DNA from: Ramazzottius varieornatus
Taxonomy: Eukaryota; Animalia; Tardigrada
NCBI GenBank assembly: GCA_001949185.1
Contig: BDGG01000011.1
Span: 1,075,552 to 1,139,551 of the forward strand
Direction: 5' to 3'
DNA: 64,000 nt
Position numbers and translations under genes: made by a program. This document shows, in pieces, positions 52,801 through 64,000 of the stretch. The stretch's first letter is position 1; each line of letters starts with the position of its first letter. The notes beneath the pieces are model-generated. The model did no database searches. It saw nothing but the letters and a program-made list of their open reading frames with translations, and was not told the origin of the DNA.

Positions 52801-53564
52801 TTGTAAGCTGTTCACAGCTGTGGTAGTCTTGTGGACACAACTGCCAGTCGAAAATCTGCACCGGAAGGGTTGCACTTTCAACACTGTCCATCCCAGTCTG
52901 TGATCGAATTTGATTAGTTCGGCGTGTCTGGACAAGCTTACTGTGACTCTAATAAGGCGCCCACAACTGCTAATAAAATTTGACCAGGGCTGGGAAGCTC
53001 TTTCGACATTGTACTACGTAAAAGAATGGTCTACTTGGAGTGGTGGGCGGGGTGGGTTTCGTTGTGGAAGGTCTCGTGGACGGTAAAGTAGATGCCGTTG
53101 TAGTGCTTGTTGTAGTCGAAGTCGTTGTAGTTAAAGTCGTTGTGGACGTGGTGGTAGAAGCTGTTGTGGTGGAAGCAGTTGTTGGTCTGGTTGTAGTGGC
53201 TGAAGGCGTAGAAGGTCGCGTCGGTATAGTTGGATTACCAGTCCATCCCAAGGGAAGTCTCGAATGTTGTCCGCCCACTACAGCGCAAAATCCCATACAG
53301 TACAAGTACTACTGTAAATGATTTCAGTCACCACTGTGCCTGATGAATCGTAAATTAGGCCATCGTCTGAAAGGTGGTTTGGGCCTAACATTACAGCAAT
53401 GTGTTTTCGCTTGTGTAGGTATACGTACTGCGAACAGCAAGTCCGAAAATGTACTCGTCCTCGAAATTCCGGAATCGGTACGGAGGTTTCGGCGTGGAGA
53501 CCCAAAACGAACTCGATACTCGACACGTCGTGAGTATCACAAAAAGCACAAGCGGATAGTTCAT
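46844..53564 (-). CDS. Secreted mucin-stalk plus Ly6/three-finger protein E (no GPI tail); exons 53564-53429, 53277-53035, 52696-52460, 47070-46844
   Basis: MNYPLVLFVILTTC signal, Thr/Pro-rich exon, ECYVC...C...C...C|...C...C...CICDTGNSCN then stop. All joins are phase 1. The 5.4-kb last intron is inferred from completion of the Cys pattern. Confidence 0.65.
47396..47568. mobile_element. Small palindromic MITE abutting a second MITE
   Basis: tgcgagcgaaagcgcagtagcacaattcgatacgcacggaaacatcgtgac / gtcacgatgtttttgtgcgtatcgaattgtgctagcgcgctttcgctcgca. Confidence 0.7.
47571..47888. mobile_element. Tc1/mariner-type MITE, TA-flanked
   Basis: ta|cgaggtaaaggttgtaaacttagccacc ... ggcggctaactttacaacctttccctcg|ta. 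Confidence 0.8.
48762..50202. mobile_element. 1.44-kb non-autonomous TA-flanked DNA transposon with long imperfect TIRs
   Basis: ta|cacgcgcgaaatgaagtttggaacagt ... actgttccaactttgccttcgcgcgtg|ta. Inner inverted match gtattaggtctgttagtacgactttgcggtt / aaccgcaaagtcgtactaacagacctaatac. No transposase ORF. Confidence 0.8.
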
Positions 53565-54089
53565 CCCGATCTTGGAATCACCCGGTGGCTTCCACATTGA
53601 AGCGACAAAATCCTATAGACAGTGAGGAGTATTGCAAGGACTCTGAACGTGCTTGGTAAGCAGCCGACCAGGAAAACATTTGGTCAGCTGGCGCATGAAG
53701 CGCAGAACATTCCACACGAAGGCTGCAACCGAAACACTTTTACGCTGCTAAATACGTCGATGTGCCCGAGCAACAAGTATCAGTCATCGTCGCAGCTACA
53801 TTTATCGAGACAGCACCCATCAATTCCAGCAGTACTCTGCGAAAACCATCCTTCGGCTAATTTTACTTAGCGCACTTTGGTCTTTCTCTGTCCTTCTGCG
53901 TGTTTCTTCCGAAATTCATCCTCCGCTCGGTGCGAGTTCAGTCAATCCGACCGTGTCGGATATTTTGCTCGTTTGTTTGTCAGATTACAGAAAAAGAGAA
54001 CAGAAGCTCGCTGCTCGAATATTATGACAGTATAATCTACCATACCGGCAAACCCAAACATTTCCACCAGTGTAGCGATGGAATCAGTA

Positions 54090-55715
54090 TCAGTTGATAA
54101 TTTGTGCGACATTCTCAGGTACAAGAGACGTAATGAAGCCAACAACAATATTTACAGCCGTACTGAACAAGCCAGGGTTAACCGGTGGCGCCACCACTTC
54201 CGCTTGTGCGTTCCCTTCCCCTTCTTGTCCTTCCACCGCATTCACCTGGTTAGCTCGTTCAGCTTCGCGTTGTTGTCGTTGATGTCTGGCTCGCCACTGA
54301 ACAAAGTCCCGGACCGTATTGAACAGCAAGATAATGCTGACCATGGTGAAGGCCCAGAAGAAGCGACTGGTAGATGAGGAGACGTAGATGGCGACGATCA
54401 GGGCCACCAGTCGGAAACAGGTGTAGAACCAGTCGAAGGCGTCACGACGACCCACCTCGTCCTCGTTGATGACGTTGCCTCCTTGCGCAGCGTTCATAAC
54501 GACTTGAGGAATTCGCTCGGGCTCGGCAGGTCGGTGGTTAGGTTGCGGCACTGCAAGTGCTTGCGGAACGTGCGGTGAGGGTAGATGCTGGTATGGAATG
54601 CCGGGAGGAAACATCGACATCTGACTGTGAAAACAACAACACTTTGAACAATCTTACCACTTTTCGTTCGATTTCGGCCGCAAGTTTTAAAGGTTCTAAG
54701 CTTTCATCACTGCGTAAATTTCTTGCAAAGTTCTTTTTCACTTCTCGTTTGCCGTAAGGTAGTTTTCGAATTGTTTTGTGTTCTTTTCGATTTTGTTCGA
54801 CTCTGTCGCGTCCTGAGTGTTACACCATATTCTTCTCCTAGAGTAAGGTTGTGGCTTTTGAGATATACCGATACCTGTAATAGTATTGCTGGATGTAAGC
54901 GTTGTACATCTGGAAATACTGAGCCATCTGCACTTCATCGGGTGTGTAGGCAGCCGACAACGACGCTGGAGCTGCAAACGTTGTGAAGCTGTTCTCTCCG
55001 GCGTTCTGTATCCGTTGATTCCTCTGCCGGAGACCATCATTCCGGACCGCAGGGATCGCCGTTAAAGTTGTGGAAGGAACTGTGGTAGCTGGTCGCCAGA
55101 CAAGGTGAAGAACTGGCAGAGATCCGGAAGGAACCTGCAGCGGAAAAGAATTAGGTGATTCAGCACAGGGCAGTCCTGTGGCTTGACCGTAAATAAGCCA
55201 AATCAACAGCGTGACCAGATCCTAATAGGAAACATTGGTCAGTCGACACGACTTCAACGACAAGACAGCCTGATTTCTATTTTAATAGCCCAAATCCGAA
55301 GTCGAAGCGGTTCAATCAAGATAACCAGTCAATCAGGAGAACAAATCCAACAATCAACAATTAATTGCACCAGCAAGAAAGTTGAATTTTTCGCATGTTT
55401 CTTGCTACCGACTTACCGAACTGAAACATTCCTTCAAGACAGCCGAGTCTGGTAAGATCTTCCCACAGAGTATCAGCTTTTGGCTATCTGGACTCTGGAG
55501 AAACAGAAGCGGAAGTGTAAAGCCACACTAGCGGGCTGAGCAGAGAAAAGGGGAGCAGCATCAAAACTTACGGGATTCCTGGGAATGACTCGTGCCAAGT
55601 GTTCCTTCAGCTGCCTGACATTCCAGTTCAGCGACGCCCTGACAGTCTCATCTACCACTCTATCCGTTAGCAAAGGTGTCTTGACCAAAATATCCACCGT
55701 AGGGTTGATATCCAT
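54090..55715 (-). CDS. HERPUD: Homocysteine-responsive ER-resident ubiquitin-like domain protein (HERP/HERPUD); exons 55715-55572, 55494-55417, 55134-54875, 54624-54090
   Basis: N-terminal UBL (ILVKTP...WNVRQLKEHL...QKLILCGKILPD...LHLV), DGLRQR, Y/Q-rich segment, MNAAQGG...RDAFDWFY...transmembrane...GFITSLVPE. Confidence 0.9.
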
Positions 55716-55994
55716 CGTGCAGGGAGTACGACCGAGAACAGCAAAATAATCACGGACAGCGCTACGCAACTTGAAAGGTTCCCTTCCGAAACTCCGCTAT
55801 ATTCCTCGCTTCCTTGCTCCACTCGTCTGACAGATCTTCTAGCTTTTATACAGCAGGCAAAATCAGAACAACAGACCTGTTCTTGAATCCTCCGGCTTGA
55901 AAGTCGGACTGAAAATCTGAGAATTTTGCTGAAGGCAAAATCAAAATAATTTTGCAAAAATAAACAAACCTTGATTCCACAACTATCTAGTCGA

Positions 55995-56134
55995 TCACGT
56001 GAGTGGTATTGTACTGCGAACTGCTGAATAGTCACGTGCGAACCATTTCCAAGTCCATACCGTAGCAGCCAATCGAATTTCCGCACGTACAGGTGACTCC
56101 GCCTGTCCCCGCTTTACGTCAGCGAACCGGAAGT
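55995..56134. promoter_or_regulatory. Putative HERPUD promoter: ERSE-like CCAAT-N9-GCACG, two CACGTG boxes, an ATF/CRE-like site and an ETS site
   Basis: CCAATcgaatttccGCACG 56069-56087; TCACGTGA 55995-56002; GTCACGTG 56031-56038; TTACGTCA 56114-56121; CCGGAAGT 56127-56134. Confidence 0.5.
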
Positions 56135-56431
56135 GGCTTCCACTAAAGCAGCAGTAAATTCAACTGGTTCGGGAGACGTTCCCTACACTTCTCTCGCATC
56201 TCATCGTTACCAACTACAAGCTAATCCTTCAATGGACTAAAATAAATAAAATAAAATGGGAAAATTTCCCGAGAAGAATGAACCGGAAGAATGATGGATA
56301 GGAGTCCATTCGAACTTCTGATGTTCCACACAGTTAAATTATCAATGACGTAGTACCAGAGGTTTTTAGAAAAACGAAGAGAAGATAAAATTCGAAGGTA
56401 GACGACATTAGAAAAAGACTCAGTTACACCT

Positions 56432-59400
56432 CTATAGAGTTCCCAGTTTCATTTCAGCAAACTTTCGAGCCAGCTCGACGGCTTCATTCACCTTGCCCAC
56501 ATTGCTGCCTACAGCCTGGGCGTTCAGCTCCTTACCCCCACCTTTGCCGTTGATAACTCCGCTGACTTGCAGCACCCACTCGATGGCCTTGAAACCCTTG
56601 TCCTTCACCAAACTATCCGTCACGGAAGACAGAACGCAGCACTTGCCTTCATCGTCGTCGACAGAGAAGAGCATGATGGCGGCATCCTCTCCGCCAGGCA
56701 CACCACGCATCACCTTGACAACGGCGTCCAGGGCTTTTGAGTTGCTTCCGACATCCACCAGTGCAACAAAAACCTACGGGAAAATCCAAGTTGGGATTTA
56801 TGACCTCAAATATAAACTCGACATGATCGTCTTTCCAAGCGACGCGCCCCACCAGCCAACAACACTGCTAACGTGCACAACTTGGGCAAATAAACTGCAC
56901 CGGATCGTTTTCCGAAGTGGCGCGCCCGTCCGGCCAAATAACACCGGAAACGAGCGCCACTTGGGCAAACAAATTCGACAAGCTAACATTTTCCAAGTGG
57001 CGCAGGCGTTCAGCCAATAACACTGAAAGCACGCGCCACTTGAAAAACCAATCTAATCGATTTTCTTCGGTAATCTTCCTTCGAGTTCGTATTACTTTTA
57101 CTACGTACCATTTCTCAACGAAAAAAGAGATTTTTATTCCGATTTTCGGATAAGTTAGTGTTATAGTGAATAAAATTCGCACCTTTCTGCCATCACCGCT
57201 AGCGACCATTTCCTTCATCTTCTCATTCACGGCCAGCACTTTAGCCGCCTTTCTTTCCTTATCTTTATTATCCAGTTCCTTCTTCAAAGCTGTCAGTTCA
57301 TTCCTTAGCCGATCCTTTTGCCAGACAGCCATCACAGCCTGGTTGATCTCCTCAAACAGGTCGTTCAGTTCTTTTGTTATAACTTTCTGCTGAGCGCCAC
57401 TACTGTCCCCCACCACACTATTCTTTATTCTCTCTACCTTCTCCTTGTACCGGTCACTCCGCCCCAGCGCAGTCTTGGCTTCAGGACCGGTCAAGGCTAC
57501 AATGCGCCGAATACCTTTGGCGATGGCTTCTTCCGTCACGATAACAAAGTCACCAATGTGGCCGCTCCTGATGAGGTGTGTGCCACCACAAAACTCAACC
57601 GAGTGCCTATAACCTTCACCGTTCTCCGGCTGTTCTAAGAGCTCCTCGACGGGCTTGCCCACGCTGACGATTCGGACGGGATCTGGGTATGTCTCGTCGA
57701 AGATGGCGCGAAGACCTACAAGAAGAAAGACAATTTTTGAAAAATTCCACCAGAAATTCCTTGCCGGAAACATTTAGAATATTCTTCGTTAGTTCGTTCC
57801 TCGATCCACATCCCATGCTTTTATGCGGACTTGTGACGCTGGATTTCACGGTGAGTACACACCTGGACTAATGCCGGGAATGCCGGGAATATTCCCACCC
57901 AAGCCAGTCCAGAATTAGAGTACCGGGAAAATCCCGCCCAAACATGGAGACCGGAACGTCTGCCTGGGAAGACCGGGAACGCTAATTGGGGTGGGAATTG
58001 CAATTAATACTAGTGATAAATATAAAAACATAAGGCGAAACATGAGTCGATCCACCGACTTCCAGGTCTCGAGAATGTTTTTCTGATGCAGCGGTAACGT
58101 TTGCTAGCGTGATTAACATTTTTCCGTTTTCGTACTGATTAATGCTGGGCCGCGTGGCACTCTGCTACCTCGCTCCCTAAGGGCGTACGTCTACCTTGAT
58201 TGTTGATTCTAACTACACAGTCCGAGCGTGCTCGAGACACCGTACGACATAACGTAACTCGTGTTGCCAGCTGTACGATCGGCAACCATGCGACTGGGTA
58301 ACTAGGTAGAAAGGTAGATGATGATACAATGGTACAATCGCCAGGGTGGGTAGATTGGTTGATCACTAGTAGTTGACCATTGGGCTTGGTAGATTAACCA
58401 ATAGTGGCTAACCGCTGGTCTTGCTGTCTTGACCACTAGTGGTTGACCATTGGGCTTGGTAGATTAACCAATAGTGGCTAACCGCTGGTCTTGCTGTCTT
58501 GACCACTAGTGGTTGACCATTGGGCTTGGTAGATTAACCAATAGTGGCTAACCGCTGGTCTTGCTGTCTTGACCACTAGTGGTTGACCATTGGGCTTTCT
58601 AGGTTGAGCACTAAGCGTCGGCCATTGGTTTTGCTATGTTTGACCACCGATACTATCCATCGGCATTGATAGGTTGACCGCCCGATCGCAGCTGGTTTAT
58701 TGGCCCGTCCTTTCTGTCTATTGGTCAATGGGCGTGGTAACCGGTCTTGGCATTTTATTACGTCAGATGTGAATGAACCTTGGTTCCCATCCTCTGATCT
58801 TTCCGCCATGGGCTCAGGCTTGCAATAGTTTTCCCAGTTTTAAGGGCTTTAGAATGCCTGAACATCTTTCTACGATGACTCAAACGGTCTATGATTCATT
58901 AAAAAGCTCCGCCAGAAGGCCAGCCTTTTGGGCGGACCTCTCGCAAAAGTTGTGGGACAGGCGGAAAGGACGGTAAAATGGAACTTCAACCGTAGAAAAG
59001 TACAACAGTGTGAATCGGTCATGTACGTACGCGCTTCCGTACCACCGCTACCGTAGCGAAAATGCCTGTCCCAAATTTTACTGTCCCCCAATTAACCATC
59101 GTGCGTGTATTATTCATCACGGAACAGTCAGCTAGCACCGGGAACACCGCAAAACTTCCAAGCAAAACAATTGACCAGAAGGAGCCGAACGGGAGTGCTA
59201 GAAATGAAAAGTTGGATGGGAGTTGGAAAAACAGGATTATTCCAGAGTTTCACTATTTGCTAAACGTAGCTCTGTCTCACCCACGATAGACCCAAAGACT
59301 TTCCAAATAGTCAACCTCCTGCAGAACCATTCAAGCCCACATTGGATTTGAATGTTCAAACAGCTGGAAGGGCTATCGAATGGCCATTCCACAAAGCTGA

Positions 59401-62400
59401 GCTTACCTATCGATCATTCCGCTACCAGGGGAGATCAGCTGATAAGATCTCTGATCCTCGTAATCTATGTATCTGAACGGAATCATACGCATGACTCAGG
59501 TCGAATACAGGAGTGCAGCTGTTCTATGCAGTCAAGGTGTATTTGAAATCAAAATGAGAAATGCTGCTCAATCAGACGATGAATGTTCGGAGCAACAGCC
59601 AAGGCGGTTGTATAGTTGCTATGATCCTTGCATGTTCCAGTCCTCATCAAAACCAGATGCGTAACTTGCGGTACGCATCATTTGTCGTTCGGATCGTGTG
59701 TGATCAGTGAAGTAATTCGATTTGTTTTGTCGTTCTTTTTCCGTGTTCCCGACAGTAAGTCTTGAATGTCCTTTGAAGCAAAATTTGGAAAATTTCGCTG
59801 GCCACCGGCCGGCATTCTTTCTCTACTTGAATTTTGAGTTTCGATGCTAGAAGTGCTCCTTCTTTTGTTTCAGAAGTCGCCAGATTCGGAAATAATCCAC
59901 AATTATCCTCTCATGAAATTTTGTTTAGGCTGAATGTAGCTACCGAATGATCCTGTGAAATTTTCAGCCTGTATTTTTATGTAGTTCTCGTGTATGGCAA
60001 TTTGAAAAGACTGATTCAAAAAAGCAACTTAAATAATTAATAGATTTTCGAATTACAGGATTACATTCCCAGGCCAAGTCAGCCCTTAGCCCACCTCTGG
60101 CTGAGTAACGGCATAACTTAGCGCCTTCTACTGACTTCCGGTTGGGCGGCGCGGCCCTGAGCGAGATCGCTCAAGCAGGTCAGGGCCGTGCCGCCAACCG
60201 GAAGTCGGCTGTTTCAATGGTATCAAAACGCCTGGGAGATCTTTACGCAGGTTTTCCTGATTTTTTCACATGGTCAACGTCACAACTTGCTTCTTTTCCT
60301 GACAAAATTCTGAATTACCTTTAATTCGCTTGGCTTCACCGAGTGAAGCGTACTGGGCAAAGACTTCCTCGTTCTTGGAGATGAGGTCTTGAACGATGGC
60401 TTCAGTCTTCTTTACCTCGTCCACCTTCATACCAGAGCCGAAAGCGAAGTCGAAACGGAGACGATCAGGAGCGACGAGAGAGCCGCGTTGGTCGGCGCTT
60501 TGTGAGAGGACTTCGCGCAAGGCGAAGTTGAGTATGTGGGTCCCAGTGTGGTTGTTCATCACCAGCTTCCTTCGGTTCTACAATCAGTAAACGACATCTT
60601 TCACTACCACCATCGTTCCGAATCAATCAAACACATCCAGTCATAATGAGAAGTCGAAATGTTGCTGAATAGGGCATAAGTAAATGATATTTCGGACCAC
60701 AGCAAACAAACTCGACAAGATCGTTCTTCCAAGTGGCGCACGACTTCATCAAATGCTGTACCACTAGAAAGCGAAACCGCGCGCAACTTGGAACAACCAT
60801 CTCGTCGAGTTCCATTGTCGAACGGCGCGTAGGTATGTTAACGCCGCTTGTTTTACCTCATCGATGAAGAGCTTCAGCTTGTCGCCGACTTTCAGGACTC
60901 CGTCCAAATGTCCAGTGTGCAGAACGTATCCACCACGAACCTGAACATTCTTAACTTGGAACTCCACCTCCTACAATAGAGGAAAGCAAAATAAGGATGA
61001 AGAGAAATTACTTCGAAACTGAAATCTTCCAATATGGGGAAAGTCAAATTACCTCGCTGCCTTCAAGAACCATGTAGCCTTCGTCGAAGATCTGGCCGCC
61101 CTGTTCAGCATAGAAGGAGCTTCTATCCAGCACCACACCACATTCACCGGTCGCAGCTTCCTCCACGAAGCCCTTCTCCACTCTCAGTGCCAGCACTGTT
61201 CCCGCACACGGCTCAAAGCTGTACTTGTCTTCGGCTGGACGGCCATTCTGCTCGGCCTTGTAGGCGTACTTGGGTGTATCGTCCGTCGGTGGCACGTATC
61301 GGTCCTTCAGGTGTCCGATGGCGTGGACGTCCAAGTCCAGCTTGGCGATACTGGCCACACTTTGTGCCTGTAAAAAACCGGATCGTTCAATCATTAATCA
61401 ACCGAGAGCAGCTCCAGTACAATAAGCTCATACTGGGGAAAATCAAAGTGATCAAATAGTTCTCGTTTTCTACTTCAGCCCTTCATTGTTATTTTTCCGA
61501 ATTGGAAATCTGTTTATGATAGTTTTTAACATTTTTTAATTTAGTTTATTGTACTGGTTTTCGGGCTTTCATGACAAATTATAGCTGCGCAGAACTAAGC
61601 CGTTAAATTTTTACCTGGGAAGCGATGACAGCTTTCTTCTTGGCTTCTTCATAAGCCTCCATGTTAACTGTCAGGCCGTGTTCGTCAGCCATCAGTTGGG
61701 TGAGGTCAACGGGGAAGCCGTAGGTATCGTAGAGACGCCAAGCGACATCACCAGGAAGAGTCTTTCCATCACCCATCTGAGCGATGGTTCGTTCCAGCAA
61801 ACGTCTTCCGCGAGTCAACGTCCGCAAGAACTGCACCTCTTCTTCATCGATGATTTTTTTAACCTGCAAAAATAATTTCACACAATGTCATGGATCCATT
61901 GACTCCATTGGCCAGAAACAAAAACTAAACAAATTTCCCAGACGCGTCTCAGACAAGTTTTCAGCTTGTCTTGCATTTGGAAACACGCCTCACCGGGATG
62001 TACTAGTTCTGACCCCTTTATCCGAAGCACAAACCTCGTACTTTTTATCGTGACGAGTTTTTAAGCCAACTTCCGGTTTACGGCACGGCCTTGATTGCTT
62101 CATTCTAGACTCTAACAAGGCCGTGCCAGATGGTCGTTGCCGGGTTCACCGCACTTCTCTGCGCAAAAACCTGAGGTCTTCGCATGAAAACAATCAGGAT
62201 GACGAGCCAAGGGAAGAAATGCTGGTGATAAGCTCCTGGAAGATTCCATGGCGATGAAAGTAAGGTTAAGGACGAAACTTACGCTTGAAGGGTCTTTCCT
62301 GACTTCAGGGAAAGCGCTGCCAAGGGTCTCAACAACCTGACGAACCAAACTGCTGAGGAATCCAGGCTTGGCGTTGAGTTTCTCGGATGAGTAGCGAATA

Positions 62401-63937
62401 GCTCGTCGAAGGATACGTCGCAAAACATACCTGGAAAGAAAAACCCTGAGCCCAGCCAAGTAATACGAAACTAAAATACTTGGTGATCGGAATAGTCTTG
62501 TGGAAAAATCTCCTGTGGGAAACACTTCTGCCGGTCTCAATATCAATATAACTATGAAAGGCTCTTCTAGCTTAATTACCCTCTCCCGACGTTGTCAGGT
62601 CTTCCACCATCGGACAAAGCGATGACTAGGGTACGAATGTGGTCGGCAACCACGCGGTAAGCCATGTCCATCTTGTCGGTATCTTCAGCGCCTACTTTTC
62701 CTGTGTACGGTCTCGATCCGGTTCCCTGCAACAGGCAAGCAGTCTCCGAATTACTGAACAAGTTCAAACCATCAGGTCGTGACGAGAAGTAAAATATCAA
62801 TCTTCTACATTCATTTTCTATTTTTTCATGTATAAATTTGAAAATTGTCCGCAAAACATCGCTTGAAAAACCGTCTCTAAGTACCTTTTCAATGGCGTCG
62901 AAAATAGGCACGAAAATATCAGTGTCATAATTCGAGCGTTTGTTCTGAACGACAGAAACCAAACGTTCGAAGCCCATGCCTGTATCGATGTGCTTGTTGG
63001 GAAGAGACGTGAGCGATCCATCAGGTTCTCTGCAAAATAGATCGGTTAGAATCTCTCCGCACTTATGTATCATACCACGAAGCAGCAGCGACAAAGTACC
63101 TGTTGAACTGAATAAAGACTAAATTCCATATCTCCAGCACATCGGGATCGTCCTGATTGACGAGAGCGGCAGCGTCGCGGTTGCCAATGCGATCGAAGTG
63201 GATTTCCGTACACGGACCACACGGTCCTGTTTCTCCCATCTCCCAAAAGTTGTCCTTCATGCTGGAAGATATCACTCGGTTCTCCGGAAGTCTGGAAAAG
63301 ATAAAACGACATACAAGATTCGTACGGCCAAAAATCACAGAGAAACCGCTCGCTCCGACAGTTCGACAGCCTCGAGTGGTATTGTTACATCGTGCACATG
63401 CAAAGTTGCAAACAGTAAGTACTGCAGCGACGTGGAGAGTAAACCAAGCCAATCAATTTAGAGCAACTCAGTCTGGTCAATCAAGGCTTACCCAAGCTTC
63501 AGCCAAACATCTCGACATTCCACATCCGGTTCCAGTCCCAGTTCCGTTTTCCCTTCGAAGTATGTAACATACAGCCGATCCTTAGGAAGTCTGATGTACT
63601 CTGTAAGGAACTCCCAGGCCCATGTACACGCTTCTTTCTGCGGAGAAGAAAAGGCAATGATAGGGAAACGTAAACTGAGCACGCTCACACGAACTCGCGC
63701 AGTCAAGGATGTAGCGAACACATATCGACGCGCCACTACTCTCAGTACCTTGAAATAATCTCCAAAGGACCACGTCCCCAGCATCTCAAAGAACGTGTGA
63801 TGATAGACGTCCTTTCCCACATCGTCCAAGTCATTATGTTTTCCTCCAGCGCGAATACACTTCTGGCTGTTACAAGCGCGGACCAGCTTGGACATGTCGC
63901 TATTCGGAGCGACTGTGCCAAGGAAGATGGGCTTGAA
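56432..63937 (-). CDS. AARS1: Alanyl-tRNA synthetase, cytoplasmic type (about 12 exons in the window; 5' exon(s) beyond the window end)
   Basis: [81 protein letters not shown], editing-domain NHTGTH and EFCGGTH, C-Ala GKGGGK. Confidence 0.97.
56825..57050. repeat. Three tandem ~78-bp palindromic units (CAAGTGGCGC...GCGCCACTTG family) in the last AlaRS intron
   Basis: Units begin near 56825, 56903 and 56985. The same unit is dispersed elsewhere in the window. Confidence 0.75.
58364..58597. repeat. 70-bp minisatellite, ~3.3 near-perfect copies, in an AlaRS intron
   Basis: gttgaccattgggcttggtagattaaccaatagtggctaaccgctggtcttgctgtcttgaccactagtg at 58372, 58442, 58512 and 58582 (partial). Confidence 0.95.
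60133..60207. repeat. GC-rich hairpin element (related copy at ~62069-62128)
   Basis: gacttccggttgggcggcgcggccctga / tcagggccgtgccgccaaccggaagtc. Confidence 0.6.
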
Positions 63938-64000
63938 CTGTGAACAACAACCATTGATTGAATGATTCAGGCGGGAATTATCAGTTTGTTTTCTATGGTT

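Noticed and set aside
56825-57050. CRISPR-like repeat-spacer array
   Set aside because: Eukaryotic intron with no cas genes. The 'spacers' are homologous to each other (cagccaataacact), so this is a tandem palindromic repeat.
40-63954. Most short ORFs in the six-frame track (e.g. 8716-9153, 40372-40929, 53040-53321, 56493-57020)
   Set aside because: They are antisense or off-frame shadows of real exons, intron read-through, or repeat-derived, with no motifs.

Overview
Eukaryotic, intron-containing animal DNA: roughly balanced GC, compact genes, many 55-100 nt GT-AG introns. It is a compact invertebrate genome; a tardigrade is plausible, but that is inference only. There are two 50-N scaffold gaps. 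Genes reconstructed by hand from splice sites, left to right: a decayed CR1/L2-type LINE; a calexcitin/SCP EF-hand gene; a teashirt/tiptop-like zinc-finger gene; an expanded group of six Ly6/uPAR (three-finger, quiver-like) secreted or GPI-anchored genes; a six-module Cys-rich EB-type secreted protein; a MARVEL (CMTM-like) gene; OSGIN; a PRRT3/4-like multipass membrane gene; HERPUD; and the 3' part of alanyl-tRNA synthetase. Many MITEs and palindromic repeats are present. Most notable observations: (1) a Ly6 gene whose reading frame is intact except for one in-frame TGA exactly at the conserved 5th cysteine; (2) a dispersed, mostly intronic ~78-bp palindromic repeat family forming short arrays; (3) a 37.7-42.3 kb island of decayed orphan ORFs with a degenerate His-Me finger (His-Cys box) motif; (4) an ERSE-like unfolded-protein-response promoter upstream of HERPUD; (5) a single-finger teashirt flanked by PBX/MEIS-type sites. 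No CRISPR array, rRNA or tRNA could be supported.
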